In this document: piece after piece, positions 17,984-27,149 of the stretch | Position numbering within the stretch: position 1 is the stretch's first letter | Layout: every line of letters begins with the position of its first letter | Source of the DNA: an uncultured Anaerolineales bacterium | GTDB taxonomy: Bacteria; Planctomycetota; Phycisphaerae; FEN-1346 | Direction of reading: 5' to 3' | Assembly (NCBI GenBank): GCA_964539385.1 | Contig: CAZIJC010000001.1 | Coordinates: 16,860-80,859 of the forward strand | Length of the DNA stretch: 64,000 nt | The notes under the pieces: model-generated | Databases searched by the model: none | What the model was told of the DNA's origin: nothing | Seen by the model: the letters and a program-made list of their open reading frames with translations, nothing else | Made by a program: the position numbers and the translations under genes

Positions 17984-19420
17984 ATGAAGGCCTTTCTTCT
18001 GAGAGCGATTCCGGTCACCCTGGCGCTTGCGGGCATCCTGTCCGTGACGCTGTGGCTGAGGGCCACGCCGGCGTACGATCTGAAGAGGCGGACCGAGGTG
18101 GCGGGCCGGGGCGGGCTCCGGAAGGTGGAGGTCTCGTTCCCCGGAGACTTCCAGGCCGGCGACGGCCAACCGGCCGACCTGCGCGGTTCCTGGCCGCGCT
18201 TCCGCGGCGCCCGCTATGACGCCGTCAGCACGGAGGCCGTCCGGTTGGCCCGCACGTGGCCGCAGGGCGGGCCCAAGGCGCTGTGGAGCATCCCCGTGGG
18301 CATCGGGTACGCCGGGCCGGCGGTCAACCGCGGCCGCGTGTACCTGCTGGACTACGATGAAACGAAGGAGGCCGACACGCTGCGGTGCCTGTCGCTGGCC
18401 GACGGCGCCGAGATCTGGCGGCGATGGTACCAGATCCCCACCGTCAGCGATCACGGCATCTCGCGGACCGTCCCGGCCGTGACCGACCGGTCTGTGGTGA
18501 CGTTCGGCCCGAACTGCCACGTCATGTGCGTCGATGCCGAGACGGGCGACTTCCGCTGGGGCATCGACCTCGTGAAGGAGTACGGGGCCAGGGTGCCGAA
18601 GTGGTACGCCGGCCAGTGCCCGCTGATCGACGGCGGCCGGGCCATCCTTGCCCCGGCCGGCAAAGACGTCCTGATGATGGCCGTCGAGTGCGAGTCCGAC
18701 GGGGTGGTGGCCTGGAAAACGCCGAACCGTCGCGGCTGGAAGATGACCCATTCCTCGATCATCCCGATGGACTTGGGATCCTGGCGGATGTACATCTATT
18801 GCGCCAGCGGCGGCGTCGTTGGCGTGGCCGCCGAGGACGGGCCGGGCCACAAGGCCGGCGACGTCCTGTGGGAGTGCCCCCAGTGGCAGGTCCGTTTCGC
18901 CAACGCTCCGAGCCCCGTCGTCATCGGCGGCGGGCACGTGCTGCTGTCGGGCGGGTACGGCAGCGGCAGCATGATGATCCGAATCGTCGAGGAAGGCGAA
19001 GGGCTTGCCTGCAAGGTGGTTTGGCGGCTGGAGAAGTCCGGCCAGTTCGGTTCCGAGCAGCAGACGCCGCTGTTCTACAACGGACACATCTTCGGCGTTC
19101 TTCCGAAGGAGGCGCGGCCGCTCGGCGAGCAACTCATCTGCATGGACCTGGAGGGCAAACACCTCTGGACAAGCGGGCGGGCGAACCGGTTCGGTCTCGG
19201 CTCGTACATGATCGCCGATGGGCTGATCTTCGTGATGGATGACGAGGGCCTCTTGACGCTGGCCGAGGCCACGGCCGAAGGTTACAAACCGCTCGCCCGG
19301 GCCAAGGTGCTCGACGGGCACGAGACGTGGGCGCCGCTGGCCATCGCGGGCGGACGGCTCCTCGTTCGAGATCTGAAGAGGCTGCTCTGCCTGGACGTGC
19401 GCAAGGCGGGCCGGGAGTAG
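17984..19420 (+). CDS. PQQ-like beta-propeller repeat protein with N-terminal signal anchor
   Basis: 478 aa. N-terminal hydrophobic segment, then repeated propeller blades (GRVYLLDYD, VTFGPNCHVMCVDAETGDFRW and others). Confidence 0.65.
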   Translation: MKAFLLRAIPVTLALAGILSVTLWLRATPAYDLKRRTEVAGRGGLRKVEVSFPGDFQAGDGQPADLRGSWPRFRGARYDAVSTEAVRLARTWPQGGPKALWSIPVGIGYAGPAVNRGRVYLLDYDETKEADTLRCLSLADGAEIWRRWYQIPTVSDHGISRTVPAVTDRSVVTFGPNCHVMCVDAETGDFRWGIDLVKEYGARVPKWYAGQCPLIDGGRAILAPAGKDVLMMAVECESDGVVAWKTPNRRGWKMTHSSIIPMDLGSWRMYIYCASGGVVGVAAEDGPGHKAGDVLWECPQWQVRFANAPSPVVIGGGHVLLSGGYGSGSMMIRIVEEGEGLACKVVWRLEKSGQFGSEQQTPLFYNGHIFGVLPKEARPLGEQLICMDLEGKHLWTSGRANRFGLGSYMIADGLIFVMDDEGLLTLAEATAEGYKPLARAKVLDGHETWAPLAIAGGRLLVRDLKRLLCLDVRKAGRE

Positions 19421-19425
19421 CGGAC

Positions 19426-20388
19426 ATGGCACAGTGGAAACCGAGCGGCCTGGGGCCGGAGTTCACGTACGACCTGACGGAACTCAAGAAGGTCGATCCG
19501 GCGCTCATCCACTACGAGCAGGCCGCATCCGTGCCGACCGGCATGATGAAGCCGAAAGGCATCGCCGTCGGCGCAGACGGGCACCTGTTCGTCGCAGGCG
19601 ACGGGGGCGTGCGGGTGTTCGACCCCGCGGGCAAAACCGTCTTGCAGTTCGACGCCTCAAGGTTCGGAATTGCTAAAGGGGTGTTCGACGCCGCCGGCAA
19701 ACCCGTCTTGCAGTTCAAGACGGGCGGCGAGCCGCACTGCATCGCCCTCGGCAAGACCGGCACGGTTTACGTCGGGATGAAAGACCACGTCGAAGTGTAC
19801 GACGTATCGCTCAAACGCACGGCCGCATGGAAGGGCCTGGGCGAGAGAGCATACGTGACGAGTGTGGCCGCCGGCGAGGCCGACGTGTTCGTGGCCGACG
19901 CCGGCAACCGGGTGCTGCTGCGGTACGATACGTCGGGGAAGTTGCTGAACCGAATCGGCGAGGAAGATGCCGCGAAACATGCCCCGGGTCTCGTTGTGCC
20001 AAGCCCGTACTTCGACGTGGCCCTCGGGCCGGAAGGGATGCTGTGGCTCACCAACCCCGGTCGGCGGCGCGTGGAGTGCTACACGTACGACGGTGCGTTT
20101 CGCTTCGCGTGGGGGAAGTTCTCGATGAAGATCGAGGGCTTTTGCGGATGCTGCAACCCGACGCACCTGGCCATCGACACCGACGGCAACTTCATCACCA
20201 GCGAGAAAGGACTGCCGCGCGTCAAGGTGCACGACGACGAGGGTAACTTCAAGAGCGTCGTGGCGGCGCCCGCCGACTTCGCCGACGGCACCGTGGGTCT
20301 GGACCTGGCGGTGGACGCGAAAGGGCGAATCCTGGTGCTCGACCCCAAGCGGCGCGAGGTGCGCATCTTTGTGAAAAAGCGATCGTGA
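19426..20388 (+). CDS. NHL/YVTN-type six-bladed beta-propeller repeat protein
   Basis: Tool ORF 19327..20388. Start at MAQWKPSG (ATG 19426) is 5 nt after the upstream stop. There are six repeats of the [VI]A.(D/G).G..[FY]V.D type. It contains the unusual run GFCGCCNP. Confidence 0.55.
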   Translation: MAQWKPSGLGPEFTYDLTELKKVDPALIHYEQAASVPTGMMKPKGIAVGADGHLFVAGDGGVRVFDPAGKTVLQFDASRFGIAKGVFDAAGKPVLQFKTGGEPHCIALGKTGTVYVGMKDHVEVYDVSLKRTAAWKGLGERAYVTSVAAGEADVFVADAGNRVLLRYDTSGKLLNRIGEEDAAKHAPGLVVPSPYFDVALGPEGMLWLTNPGRRRVECYTYDGAFRFAWGKFSMKIEGFCGCCNPTHLAIDTDGNFITSEKGLPRVKVHDDEGNFKSVVAAPADFADGTVGLDLAVDAKGRILVLDPKRREVRIFVKKRS

Positions 20389-20566
20389 ATTTGAGATTTG
20401 AGACTTGAAATTCTCTGAGATCTGAGATGTGAAATCTCAGGATTTGAGATTTGAGACTTGAAATCTTCTGAGATCTGAGATGTGAAGTCTCAGGATTTGA
20501 GATTTGAAATTTCCTGAGATGTGAGATGTGAAATCTCAGGATTTGAGATTTCAGATAGCAGATTTG
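20389..20566. repeat. AT-rich tandem repeat, about 54 bp x 3.5, each unit containing a perfect hairpin CTGAGAT-gtgaa-ATCTCAG
   Basis: Unit ATTTGAGATTTGAGACTTGAAAT(T)CTCTGAGATCTGAGATGTGAA(A/G)TCTCAGG repeats starting immediately after the NHL gene stop. GC is far below the window average. The long minus-strand tool ORF 20249..21559 merely translates this repeat. Confidence 0.8.
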
Positions 20567-20595
20567 CGACGGCAGACGGCTGGAAGGAGTAGCGC

Positions 20596-20859
20596 ATGAC
20601 CAGACACAGGGACCGGTCCGAGCGGCGGCGCGAGTTCCTGCGCAGCCTCGTGCGGTACCCCGTCCTGGGTGCGCTGGGACTCTTGGGAGGCCGCCTGGTG
20701 AACAGGCAGGCCGGCACGGGCCCCATCCGGGCCGGCCGGAAGTGCAGCAACCGCGGCATCTGCCGGGGATGCCTCCGGCTCTCAACGTGCTGCCTGCCGC
20801 AGGCGTTGATGGCCCGCAACGTCCTCGACCGTGATGGGCCAAGGCGTCCCACTTTTTAG
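20596..20859 (+). CDS. Small Tat-signal-like, Cys-rich protein (87 aa), hypothetical
   Basis: Strong GGAAGGAG SD 7 nt before the ATG. SERRREFLRSL matches the twin-arginine motif, followed by a hydrophobic stretch. Cys pattern C-x5-C-x2-C-x6-CC. No recognisable family. Confidence 0.4.
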   Translation: MTRHRDRSERRREFLRSLVRYPVLGALGLLGGRLVNRQAGTGPIRAGRKCSNRGICRGCLRLSTCCLPQALMARNVLDRDGPRRPTF

Positions 20860-20934
20860 CCGCGACCCGCCCGGCAGGCCGATCGCGCACGGCGCCGGGA
20901 TGCCAGGCAGCACCTTTTAGCCGCGACCCGCTTG
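20852..20934. repeat. Two 17-19 bp direct repeats (cttttagccgcgacccgc) flanking an about 45 bp spacer
   Basis: The copies lie at about 20852-20870 and about 20916-20934, in the intergenic region before the Tat ferredoxin gene. The TTAGCCGCG core also occurs in the REP element at 7831-7850. Confidence 0.5.
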
Positions 20935-20977
20935 TCCGCCGAAGCCTTGGCGGAGGCGGAAAGGGGAGCGCGTAACG

Positions 20978-21562
20978 ATGCCGACAGACAACGCCACCGA
21001 CACCACGATCACCCGCCGCAACCTGTTCCGCAAAGGCGGTCTGGCCGCCGGCGCAGCAGTTGTGACCGGGACGGCCGCCGCCCTGGCTGCAAAAGGACGC
21101 TCGGACGGAACGGTCTGGCAGATCGATCCGGAAAAGTGCATCCAGTGCGGCAACTGCGCGACGTACTGCGTGCTGGACCCGAGCGCGGTCAAGTGCGTGC
21201 ACGCGCTCAAACTGTGCGGCTACTGCGACCTGTGCTTCGCCTACTTTTCGCCGGGCTTCGAACCGGAAGCCGGCATCGAGGTGCCCGCCGTCGAGAGCCA
21301 GTTGTGCCCGACCGAGGCCATCAAGCGGCGCTGGATCGAAGGACCACACTACGAGTACACCATCGACGAGGAACTGTGCATCGGGTGCGGCAAGTGCATC
21401 AAGGGATGCAACAATTTCGGCAACGGCTCGCTCTTCCTCCAGGTCATGCACAACCGCTGTGTGAACTGCAACGAGTGCTCCATCGCCGAAGCGTGCCCGT
21501 CGGATGCGTTTCAGCGCGTGCCCGCCGACCACCCCTACCTTCTGAAAGGCGAGGACCACTAA
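20978..21562 (+). CDS. Tat-exported 4Fe-4S ferredoxin-type protein (NapG/MauM-like)
   Basis: TRRNLFRKGGLAAGAAVV is a twin-arginine signal. Four Cys clusters are present (CIQCGNCATYC, CGYCDLC, CIGCGKCIKGC, CVNCNECSIAEACP). Confidence 0.7.
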   Translation: MPTDNATDTTITRRNLFRKGGLAAGAAVVTGTAAALAAKGRSDGTVWQIDPEKCIQCGNCATYCVLDPSAVKCVHALKLCGYCDLCFAYFSPGFEPEAGIEVPAVESQLCPTEAIKRRWIEGPHYEYTIDEELCIGCGKCIKGCNNFGNGSLFLQVMHNRCVNCNECSIAEACPSDAFQRVPADHPYLLKGEDH

Positions 21563-21564
21563 GT

Positions 21565-22899
21565 TTGAGACACTCTGTGCCCATTCTCGTGGCCCTCTTC
21601 CTGATGCCGGCGGCGTCGGCGCTTGGGGCCGAGCGTTTCGCGCTGCCCAAGTTCAAGAGCGGGTACGAGTTGCCGCCGCTTGAAGTCCCGCCGGCGAGTG
21701 CCGATGCGCTCGAGTACCTCGACGTCGCCGCCCTGGCGGCAGCGCTGGCGCTGGCATCGTACCTGGCGCTGCGTGCACGGTCGCGGCGGGCGCTGTGGGT
21801 GCTGATGGCCGCCTCGCTTGTGTACTTCGGTTTCTATCGCGGCGGGTGCATCTGCTCCATCGGCGCCATCCAGAACGTGGCCCTTGCGCTGTTGGACAAC
21901 GGATACGCGATACCGTTTACCGCCGTCGCGTTCTTCGTGATTCCGCTGGCGGTCACGCTTCTCGCCGGCCGAACGTTCTGCGCAGCCGTGTGCCCGCTGG
22001 GGGCGCTCCAGGACATCGTTGCGGTGCGGCCGCTTCGCGTGCCCGCGTGGCTGGACCACGGACTGGGACTCCTGGCCTACGTGTACCTTGGCGCGGCGGT
22101 GCTGTTCGCCGCCACAGGCGCGGCGTTTCTCATCTGCGAGTACGATCCGTTTGTGGCGATCTTCCGCCTGGTTCCTTTCACGCGCCCCAATGCCATGATG
22201 GAAGCGTTCGGCGGCAGCACGGGGATGCTGGTCCTCGGCGCGGGGTTCGTGCTGGTGGGCCTCTTTATCGCGCGGCCGTACTGCCGGTGGCTGTGTCCGT
22301 ATGGGGCGATCCTGCGGCTGCTGTCGCGCGCGTCGAAGTGGCACGTCACGATCACCCCGGACGATTGCGTCCACTGTACGCTGTGCGAAGATGCCTGCCC
22401 CTTCGGCGCGATCGCCAAACCGACGACCGACTTGCCACGCCCCGACCGCCTGATCGACCGCCGCCGCCTCGCACTGCTGCTGATCCTCGTCCCGCTGCTG
22501 CTGGCGGGCGGCGGCTACTTCGGACGGTGGCTCGGCGAACCGTTCTCGCGCGTGCACTTCACGGTGCAGCAGGCCCAGCGCGTCCGCCTCGAGGAGACCG
22601 GCCAAATCACCGGCACCGACGACATCAGCGACGCGTTCTACAAGACGCAGCGGCCGCGAGAGGAACTCTACGCCGAGGCCGACGCCATCCGCGGCCGCTT
22701 CGACATCGGCGGCACCCTCCTGGGGATCTGGGCCGGGCTGGTCGTCGCCGTGAAACTCATCCACCTGTCCGTCTATCGCACGCGGACTGATTACGAGCCC
22801 GACCGCGCCACGTGCCTGTCGTGCGGCCGATGTTTCAAATACTGCCCGGTTGAACGGAAGCGCCTCAAAACACTTAAGGGTGAACCGACAACGCCATGA
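21565..22899 (+). CDS. NapH/MauN-like integral membrane 4Fe-4S polyferredoxin
   Basis: In frame with tool ORF 20932..22899. The probable TTG/GTG start at about 21565-21577 gives the signal/TM stretch VPILVALFLMPAASALG. Motifs FCAAVCPLGALQD and YCRWLCPYGAIL sit in TM-flanked loops, with C-terminal CVHCTLCEDACP and CLSCGRCFKYCP. The stop overlaps the next gene's ATG. Confidence 0.65.
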   Translation: MRHSVPILVALFLMPAASALGAERFALPKFKSGYELPPLEVPPASADALEYLDVAALAAALALASYLALRARSRRALWVLMAASLVYFGFYRGGCICSIGAIQNVALALLDNGYAIPFTAVAFFVIPLAVTLLAGRTFCAAVCPLGALQDIVAVRPLRVPAWLDHGLGLLAYVYLGAAVLFAATGAAFLICEYDPFVAIFRLVPFTRPNAMMEAFGGSTGMLVLGAGFVLVGLFIARPYCRWLCPYGAILRLLSRASKWHVTITPDDCVHCTLCEDACPFGAIAKPTTDLPRPDRLIDRRRLALLLILVPLLLAGGGYFGRWLGEPFSRVHFTVQQAQRVRLEETGQITGTDDISDAFYKTQRPREELYAEADAIRGRFDIGGTLLGIWAGLVVAVKLIHLSVYRTRTDYEPDRATCLSCGRCFKYCPVERKRLKTLKGEPTTP

Positions 22900-24689
22900 C
22901 CGCCGACGCCAACAAACCGACCGACGCCGACAAGACCAACGATGCCCGGCAGGCCCGCCAGGACGAACTGGCCCGGGTCCGATACCAGGCGGCCGTGGGA
23001 ACCGCCATCGTGGCCGGCACGTTCTGCCTGCTGGTCGGCGTGACGCTGGCCGTCGCGCACTTCCAGAGAACGACGGTGGGGCTCGATGAATCCGAGGAAC
23101 TCAATAACCTGAGAAACGCGCTGCTCAAGGTCTCGGACCCCGAGGACCGCAAGGTCATTCGCGAAGACATCCGGCGGCGAGACCTCGAGTTGCGCCAGGA
23201 CTTCTTCGGCCGCCGCGCGTTCGCCAAGACCGGCGGGTACCTGCTCCTGGCCGGCCTGGCCGTCTTCATCGCCGGCGCGGGCCTTGCCGCCGCCTGCCGC
23301 AAACGGCTGCCGTCGCCGCTCCGCGCCGACCAGCGCAAGCCGGCCATCGGCGCCCAGGCGGCACGGTGGGCGGTGACCGTCGTCGCGGTAACGCTCGTCG
23401 CCGGCGGCGTCTTCGTGATCGCCTACTACGGCGGCGCACCGGACGGCGAAGCACTGGACGGCGGCGGTCAGGCGGTTGCCGTCAAGGACCCGCCCGGCCG
23501 CGAAGAGATCCGCAAACACTGGCCGCGTTTCCGCGGGCCGGACGGTTCCGGCCACAGCGCCTACACGAACATCCCCACCACCTGGAACGGCAAGACGGGC
23601 GAGAACATCCTCTGGAAGACGCCCGTGCCGCTGCCCGGCGAGAACTCGCCCGTCGTGTGGGGCGACCGTGTTTTCCTCTCCGGCGCGACGGAACAGCGGC
23701 GCGAGGTCTACTGCTTCAGCGCCGCCGACGGCAAACTCCTCTGGCAGAAACCGGTCTCGACACCCGCCGGGAGCATGACCGAGCCACCCGAAATCCTCGA
23801 AGATACCGGCTTTGCCTGCCCCACCTGTGCGACCGACGGTCGCTTCGTCTGCGCCATCTTCGCCAACGCCGACATCGCATGCTTCGACGTCGATGGCCGA
23901 GAGCGGTGGGTCCGCAACCTCGGCGCGTTCAAGAACACCTACGGCTACGCCTCGTCGCTCCATATCTACCGCAACACCCTCCTCGTGCTCGTGGACCAGG
24001 GCACACCGAGCAAGCCGCTGTCATACCTGCTGGCGCTCGACCTGGTGACGGGCAAGACGGCCTGGCGAACCGACCGGCCCGTCTCGGGTTCCTGGGCGAC
24101 GCCCATCCTCGCCCACACCGCCAAGCGCGAAGAGTTCATCGCCGTCGGCTGCCCGTGGGTCATCGCCTACAACCCCGCCGACGGGAAGGAACTGTGGCGG
24201 GCCAAGGTCCTCGACGGCGACGTGGCCCCCTCGCCCGTCTACCACTCCGGCACGGTTCTTGCGGTCAACACGGGGGCACAGTTAACCGCCATCCCGACGG
24301 GCGGCTCCGGCGACATCACCAAAACCGGCATCGCCTGGACCGCCGAGGACGGGCTGCCGGATATCGTCAGCCCCGTGACCGACGGCAAAGTGGTGCTCCT
24401 GGTGACCACCGACGGCCTCCTGACCTGCTACGCCGCCGCCGACGGCAAACTCCTGTGGGAACATGAGATCGACGCCGTCTTCATGTCGTCGCCCGGCCTG
24501 GTCGGCGATCGTGTCTACCTGATGGACGAGAAGGGCGTGATGCGCATCTTCACCGCCGCCGGCGGCTACAAGGAAGTGGCCAAGGCCGAACTGGGGGAGA
24601 AATCGCACTCCTCCCCCGCCTTTCTCAACGGACGCCTTTACCTGCACGGCAAGAAACACCTGTTCTGCATCGCAAAGAAGACCGACTAG
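22896..24689 (+). CDS. Membrane-anchored PQQ-like beta-propeller repeat protein
   Basis: 597 aa. Three predicted TM helices at the N-terminus, then propeller blades ([27 protein letters not shown] and others). ATG overlaps the upstream stop (ATGA). Confidence 0.65.
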   Translation: MTADANKPTDADKTNDARQARQDELARVRYQAAVGTAIVAGTFCLLVGVTLAVAHFQRTTVGLDESEELNNLRNALLKVSDPEDRKVIREDIRRRDLELRQDFFGRRAFAKTGGYLLLAGLAVFIAGAGLAAACRKRLPSPLRADQRKPAIGAQAARWAVTVVAVTLVAGGVFVIAYYGGAPDGEALDGGGQAVAVKDPPGREEIRKHWPRFRGPDGSGHSAYTNIPTTWNGKTGENILWKTPVPLPGENSPVVWGDRVFLSGATEQRREVYCFSAADGKLLWQKPVSTPAGSMTEPPEILEDTGFACPTCATDGRFVCAIFANADIACFDVDGRERWVRNLGAFKNTYGYASSLHIYRNTLLVLVDQGTPSKPLSYLLALDLVTGKTAWRTDRPVSGSWATPILAHTAKREEFIAVGCPWVIAYNPADGKELWRAKVLDGDVAPSPVYHSGTVLAVNTGAQLTAIPTGGSGDITKTGIAWTAEDGLPDIVSPVTDGKVVLLVTTDGLLTCYAAADGKLLWEHEIDAVFMSSPGLVGDRVYLMDEKGVMRIFTAAGGYKEVAKAELGEKSHSSPAFLNGRLYLHGKKHLFCIAKKTD

Positions 24690-24748
24690 CCCCGCCTGGC
24701 AAGGCGGGGTCGAAGCCCCGACCAGCCCCGCCTGGCAAGGCGGGGTCG
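24688..24748. repeat. Tandem pair of identical hairpin repeats (agCCCCGCCtggcaaGGCGGGGtcg) after the propeller gene
   Basis: Two copies at 24688-24712 and 24724-24748, each a 7 bp GC stem with a TGGCAA loop. Confidence 0.6.
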
Positions 24749-24763
24749 CAGTGTGGTTGACCC

Positions 24764-27136
24764 ATGACGCAAACAGACCTTGACCTGGCATTCGTGGATG
24801 AGGCGGTCGAGCGAATCGGTCGCGGCCCGGAGTCCGCCATCCCCATCCTCCAGGCCATCCAGGACCACTACCGCTACCTGCCCGCCGAAGCGCTGCGCCG
24901 CGTCTGCCGTCTGACCGAGATCACCCCCGCCCGGATCGTCGGCGTTGCGACGTTCTACACGCAGTTCCGCCATCGCCCTATGGGCAAACACCTGGTCCGC
25001 GTCTGCATCGGAACCGCCTGCCACGTCAAAGGCGCAGGGGTGATCCACGATGCCTTTCTCAAGCACCTCGGCGTCCCGGATGGCGAGGACACCGACCCGG
25101 ACGGTCTCTTCACGGTCGAGAGGGTCGCCTGCCTCGGCTGCTGCACGCTCGCGCCGGTCGCCCAGATCGGCGACCTCACCTACGGCCACCTGACGCCCGA
25201 GCGCACGGGGCAGGCCATCCACGACTTCCTGGAATCCGAGAAGCGCCGCGCCGACCGCCGGCCCGGCGAGGGCGGCCCGGCGAAACCCGGAGCCGAAGCC
25301 GCCCTGCCGGCGGGAGAGATCCGCATTACCCTGGACACCTGCTGCATAGCGCGCGGCAGCGGCTACGTGTACGAGGCACTCCTGGACGCCGTAGCCGACA
25401 CCGGCGCGCGGGCCGTCGTCAAGGGCGTCGGCTGTACCGGCATGACGTACCTGACGCCTCTGGTCACCGTAACCGAGCCCGGCCGCCCCCCTGCCCTGTA
25501 CGCCAACGTCGCGCCGCAGGACGCCGAGGCGATCGTGCTCCGTCATTTTCGGCCGCACGGACACCTCGCACGGGCCGGCAAGGCCGTCTCGCGGCTGCTT
25601 GACCAGGTTCTGACCGACGAGGCGTGGGAACCTCTCCAGCGCTACGCCGTCGATGTTCGCGATCCGCCGATCTCCGAGTTTCTCGGACCGCAAAAGCATA
25701 TCGCCACCGAGCACTCCGGCCGCGTGCAGCCGACGAACCTCGACGAATACCTCGACCGCGACGGGTTCCAGGCGCTCGAACGGTGCGTCACGGGCCGCTC
25801 GCCCGACGAGGTGATCGAGGAGGTTCGCGTCTCGGGCCTGCGCGGCCGCGGCGGCGCGGGGTACCCCACGAGCCTGAAGTGGCAGGCCGTCCGCCGCGCC
25901 GACGCCGACAAGAAGTACGTCGTCTGCAACGGCGACGAGGGCGACCCCGGCGCGTTCATGGACCGCATGATCCTCGAATCGCATCCGTACCGCGTCCTGG
26001 AGGGCATCGCGATTGCCGCCACGGCGGTCGGCGCCGAGGAAGGCGTGCTCTACATCCGGGCGGAGTATCCGCTGGCTGTCCGCCGCATCAGCGAGGCCAT
26101 CCGCCGCTCGACCGAGCGCGGCTTCCTGGGCGACGATATCCTGGGCACCGGCCGCCGGCTGCACCTGCGGATCATGCAAGGCGCCGGCGCGTTTGTGTGC
26201 GGCGAGGAGACGGCCCTGCTGGAATCGATCATGGGCCGCCGCGGCATGCCGCGACTCAGGCCGCCCTTCCCCGTTGAAAGCGGCCTCTGGGGCTGCCCGA
26301 CGCTCGTCAACAACGTCGAAACGCTTGCCCTGCTGCCGTGGATCATCCGAAACGGTGCGGCGGCCTTCGCCGAACTCGGCACCGACCACAGCAAAGGCAC
26401 GAAGGTTTTCTCGCTGGCCGGCAAGGTCAAGCGCGGCGGCCTGATCGAGGTGCCCATGGGGGTCACCATCCGCGAGATCGTCGAGGAGATCGGCGGCGGC
26501 ATGACGGGAGACCGCAAGTTCAAGGCCGTACAGATAGGCGGCCCTTCGGGCGGATGCCTCCCCGAGCGCCTGGCCGATATCCCGGTTGACTACGAGGCGC
26601 TGACCGAGGTCGGCGCCATGATGGGCTCGGGCGGCCTCGTGGTCCTCGACGACAAGGACTGCATCGTCGATATCGCCCGCTACTTCCTGGCGTTCACGCA
26701 GGACCAGTCGTGCGGCCGGTGCACGCCCTGCCGCGTCGGCACGCGCCGGATGCTCGACGTCCTGGACCGCCTGTGCGAGGGCCAGGGCAGGAAAGGCGAT
26801 ATCGAGGAACTTGAGGAACTGGCCTGGTACATCAAGAAGGCCAGTCTCTGTGGCCTCGGCAGCACGGCGCCCAATCCGGTCCTCACGACGATCGAGTATT
26901 TCCGCGATGAATACGAGGCCCACATCGATGGCCGCTGCCCCGCCGGACGCTGCAAGGCCCTCATCACCTACTCGATTACCGACGACTGCATCGGCTGCAC
27001 GCAGTGCGCCCAGCACTGCCCGTCCGAAGCGATCGCCATGCGCCCATACGAGAAACACGAGATCCAAGAGGACAAATGCGTCCGCTGCGACACCTGCCGC
27101 CAGGTCTGCCCGGTCGATGCCGTGGAAGTGACGTGA
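24764..27136 (+). CDS. NuoE-NuoF fusion flavoprotein (NADH-binding, FMN, Fe-S; HoxF/HndC/FdsB-like) with two C-terminal 4Fe-4S ferredoxin domains
   Basis: 790 aa. N-terminal NuoE-like thioredoxin-fold 2Fe-2S Cys residues (CIGTACH, CLGCC). NuoF motifs GRGGAGYPT, FVCGEETALLESI and SCGRCTPC. The C-terminal CIGCTQCAQHCP and CVRCDTCRQVCP are 4Fe-4S motifs. Confidence 0.8.
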   Translation: MTQTDLDLAFVDEAVERIGRGPESAIPILQAIQDHYRYLPAEALRRVCRLTEITPARIVGVATFYTQFRHRPMGKHLVRVCIGTACHVKGAGVIHDAFLKHLGVPDGEDTDPDGLFTVERVACLGCCTLAPVAQIGDLTYGHLTPERTGQAIHDFLESEKRRADRRPGEGGPAKPGAEAALPAGEIRITLDTCCIARGSGYVYEALLDAVADTGARAVVKGVGCTGMTYLTPLVTVTEPGRPPALYANVAPQDAEAIVLRHFRPHGHLARAGKAVSRLLDQVLTDEAWEPLQRYAVDVRDPPISEFLGPQKHIATEHSGRVQPTNLDEYLDRDGFQALERCVTGRSPDEVIEEVRVSGLRGRGGAGYPTSLKWQAVRRADADKKYVVCNGDEGDPGAFMDRMILESHPYRVLEGIAIAATAVGAEEGVLYIRAEYPLAVRRISEAIRRSTERGFLGDDILGTGRRLHLRIMQGAGAFVCGEETALLESIMGRRGMPRLRPPFPVESGLWGCPTLVNNVETLALLPWIIRNGAAAFAELGTDHSKGTKVFSLAGKVKRGGLIEVPMGVTIREIVEEIGGGMTGDRKFKAVQIGGPSGGCLPERLADIPVDYEALTEVGAMMGSGGLVVLDDKDCIVDIARYFLAFTQDQSCGRCTPCRVGTRRMLDVLDRLCEGQGRKGDIEELEELAWYIKKASLCGLGSTAPNPVLTTIEYFRDEYEAHIDGRCPAGRCKALITYSITDDCIGCTQCAQHCPSEAIAMRPYEKHEIQEDKCVRCDTCRQVCPVDAVEVT

Positions 27137-27149
27137 GGACGGACCATCT

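Noticed and set aside
17849-19432. Minus-strand ORF of 527 aa across the second PQQ-like propeller gene
   Set aside because: Antisense to a propeller gene with clear repeats. The composition is Arg/Gly/Pro-rich and no recognisable domain is present.
20389-20566. Possible CRISPR array
   Set aside because: The units are contiguous with no unique spacers, and no cas genes are nearby. This is a tandem repeat, not a CRISPR array.
20249-21559. Minus-strand ORF of 436 aa containing LKSQILRFHIS repeats
   Set aside because: It is merely the translation of the AT-rich 54-bp tandem repeat, running through the Tat ferredoxin gene on the opposite strand.
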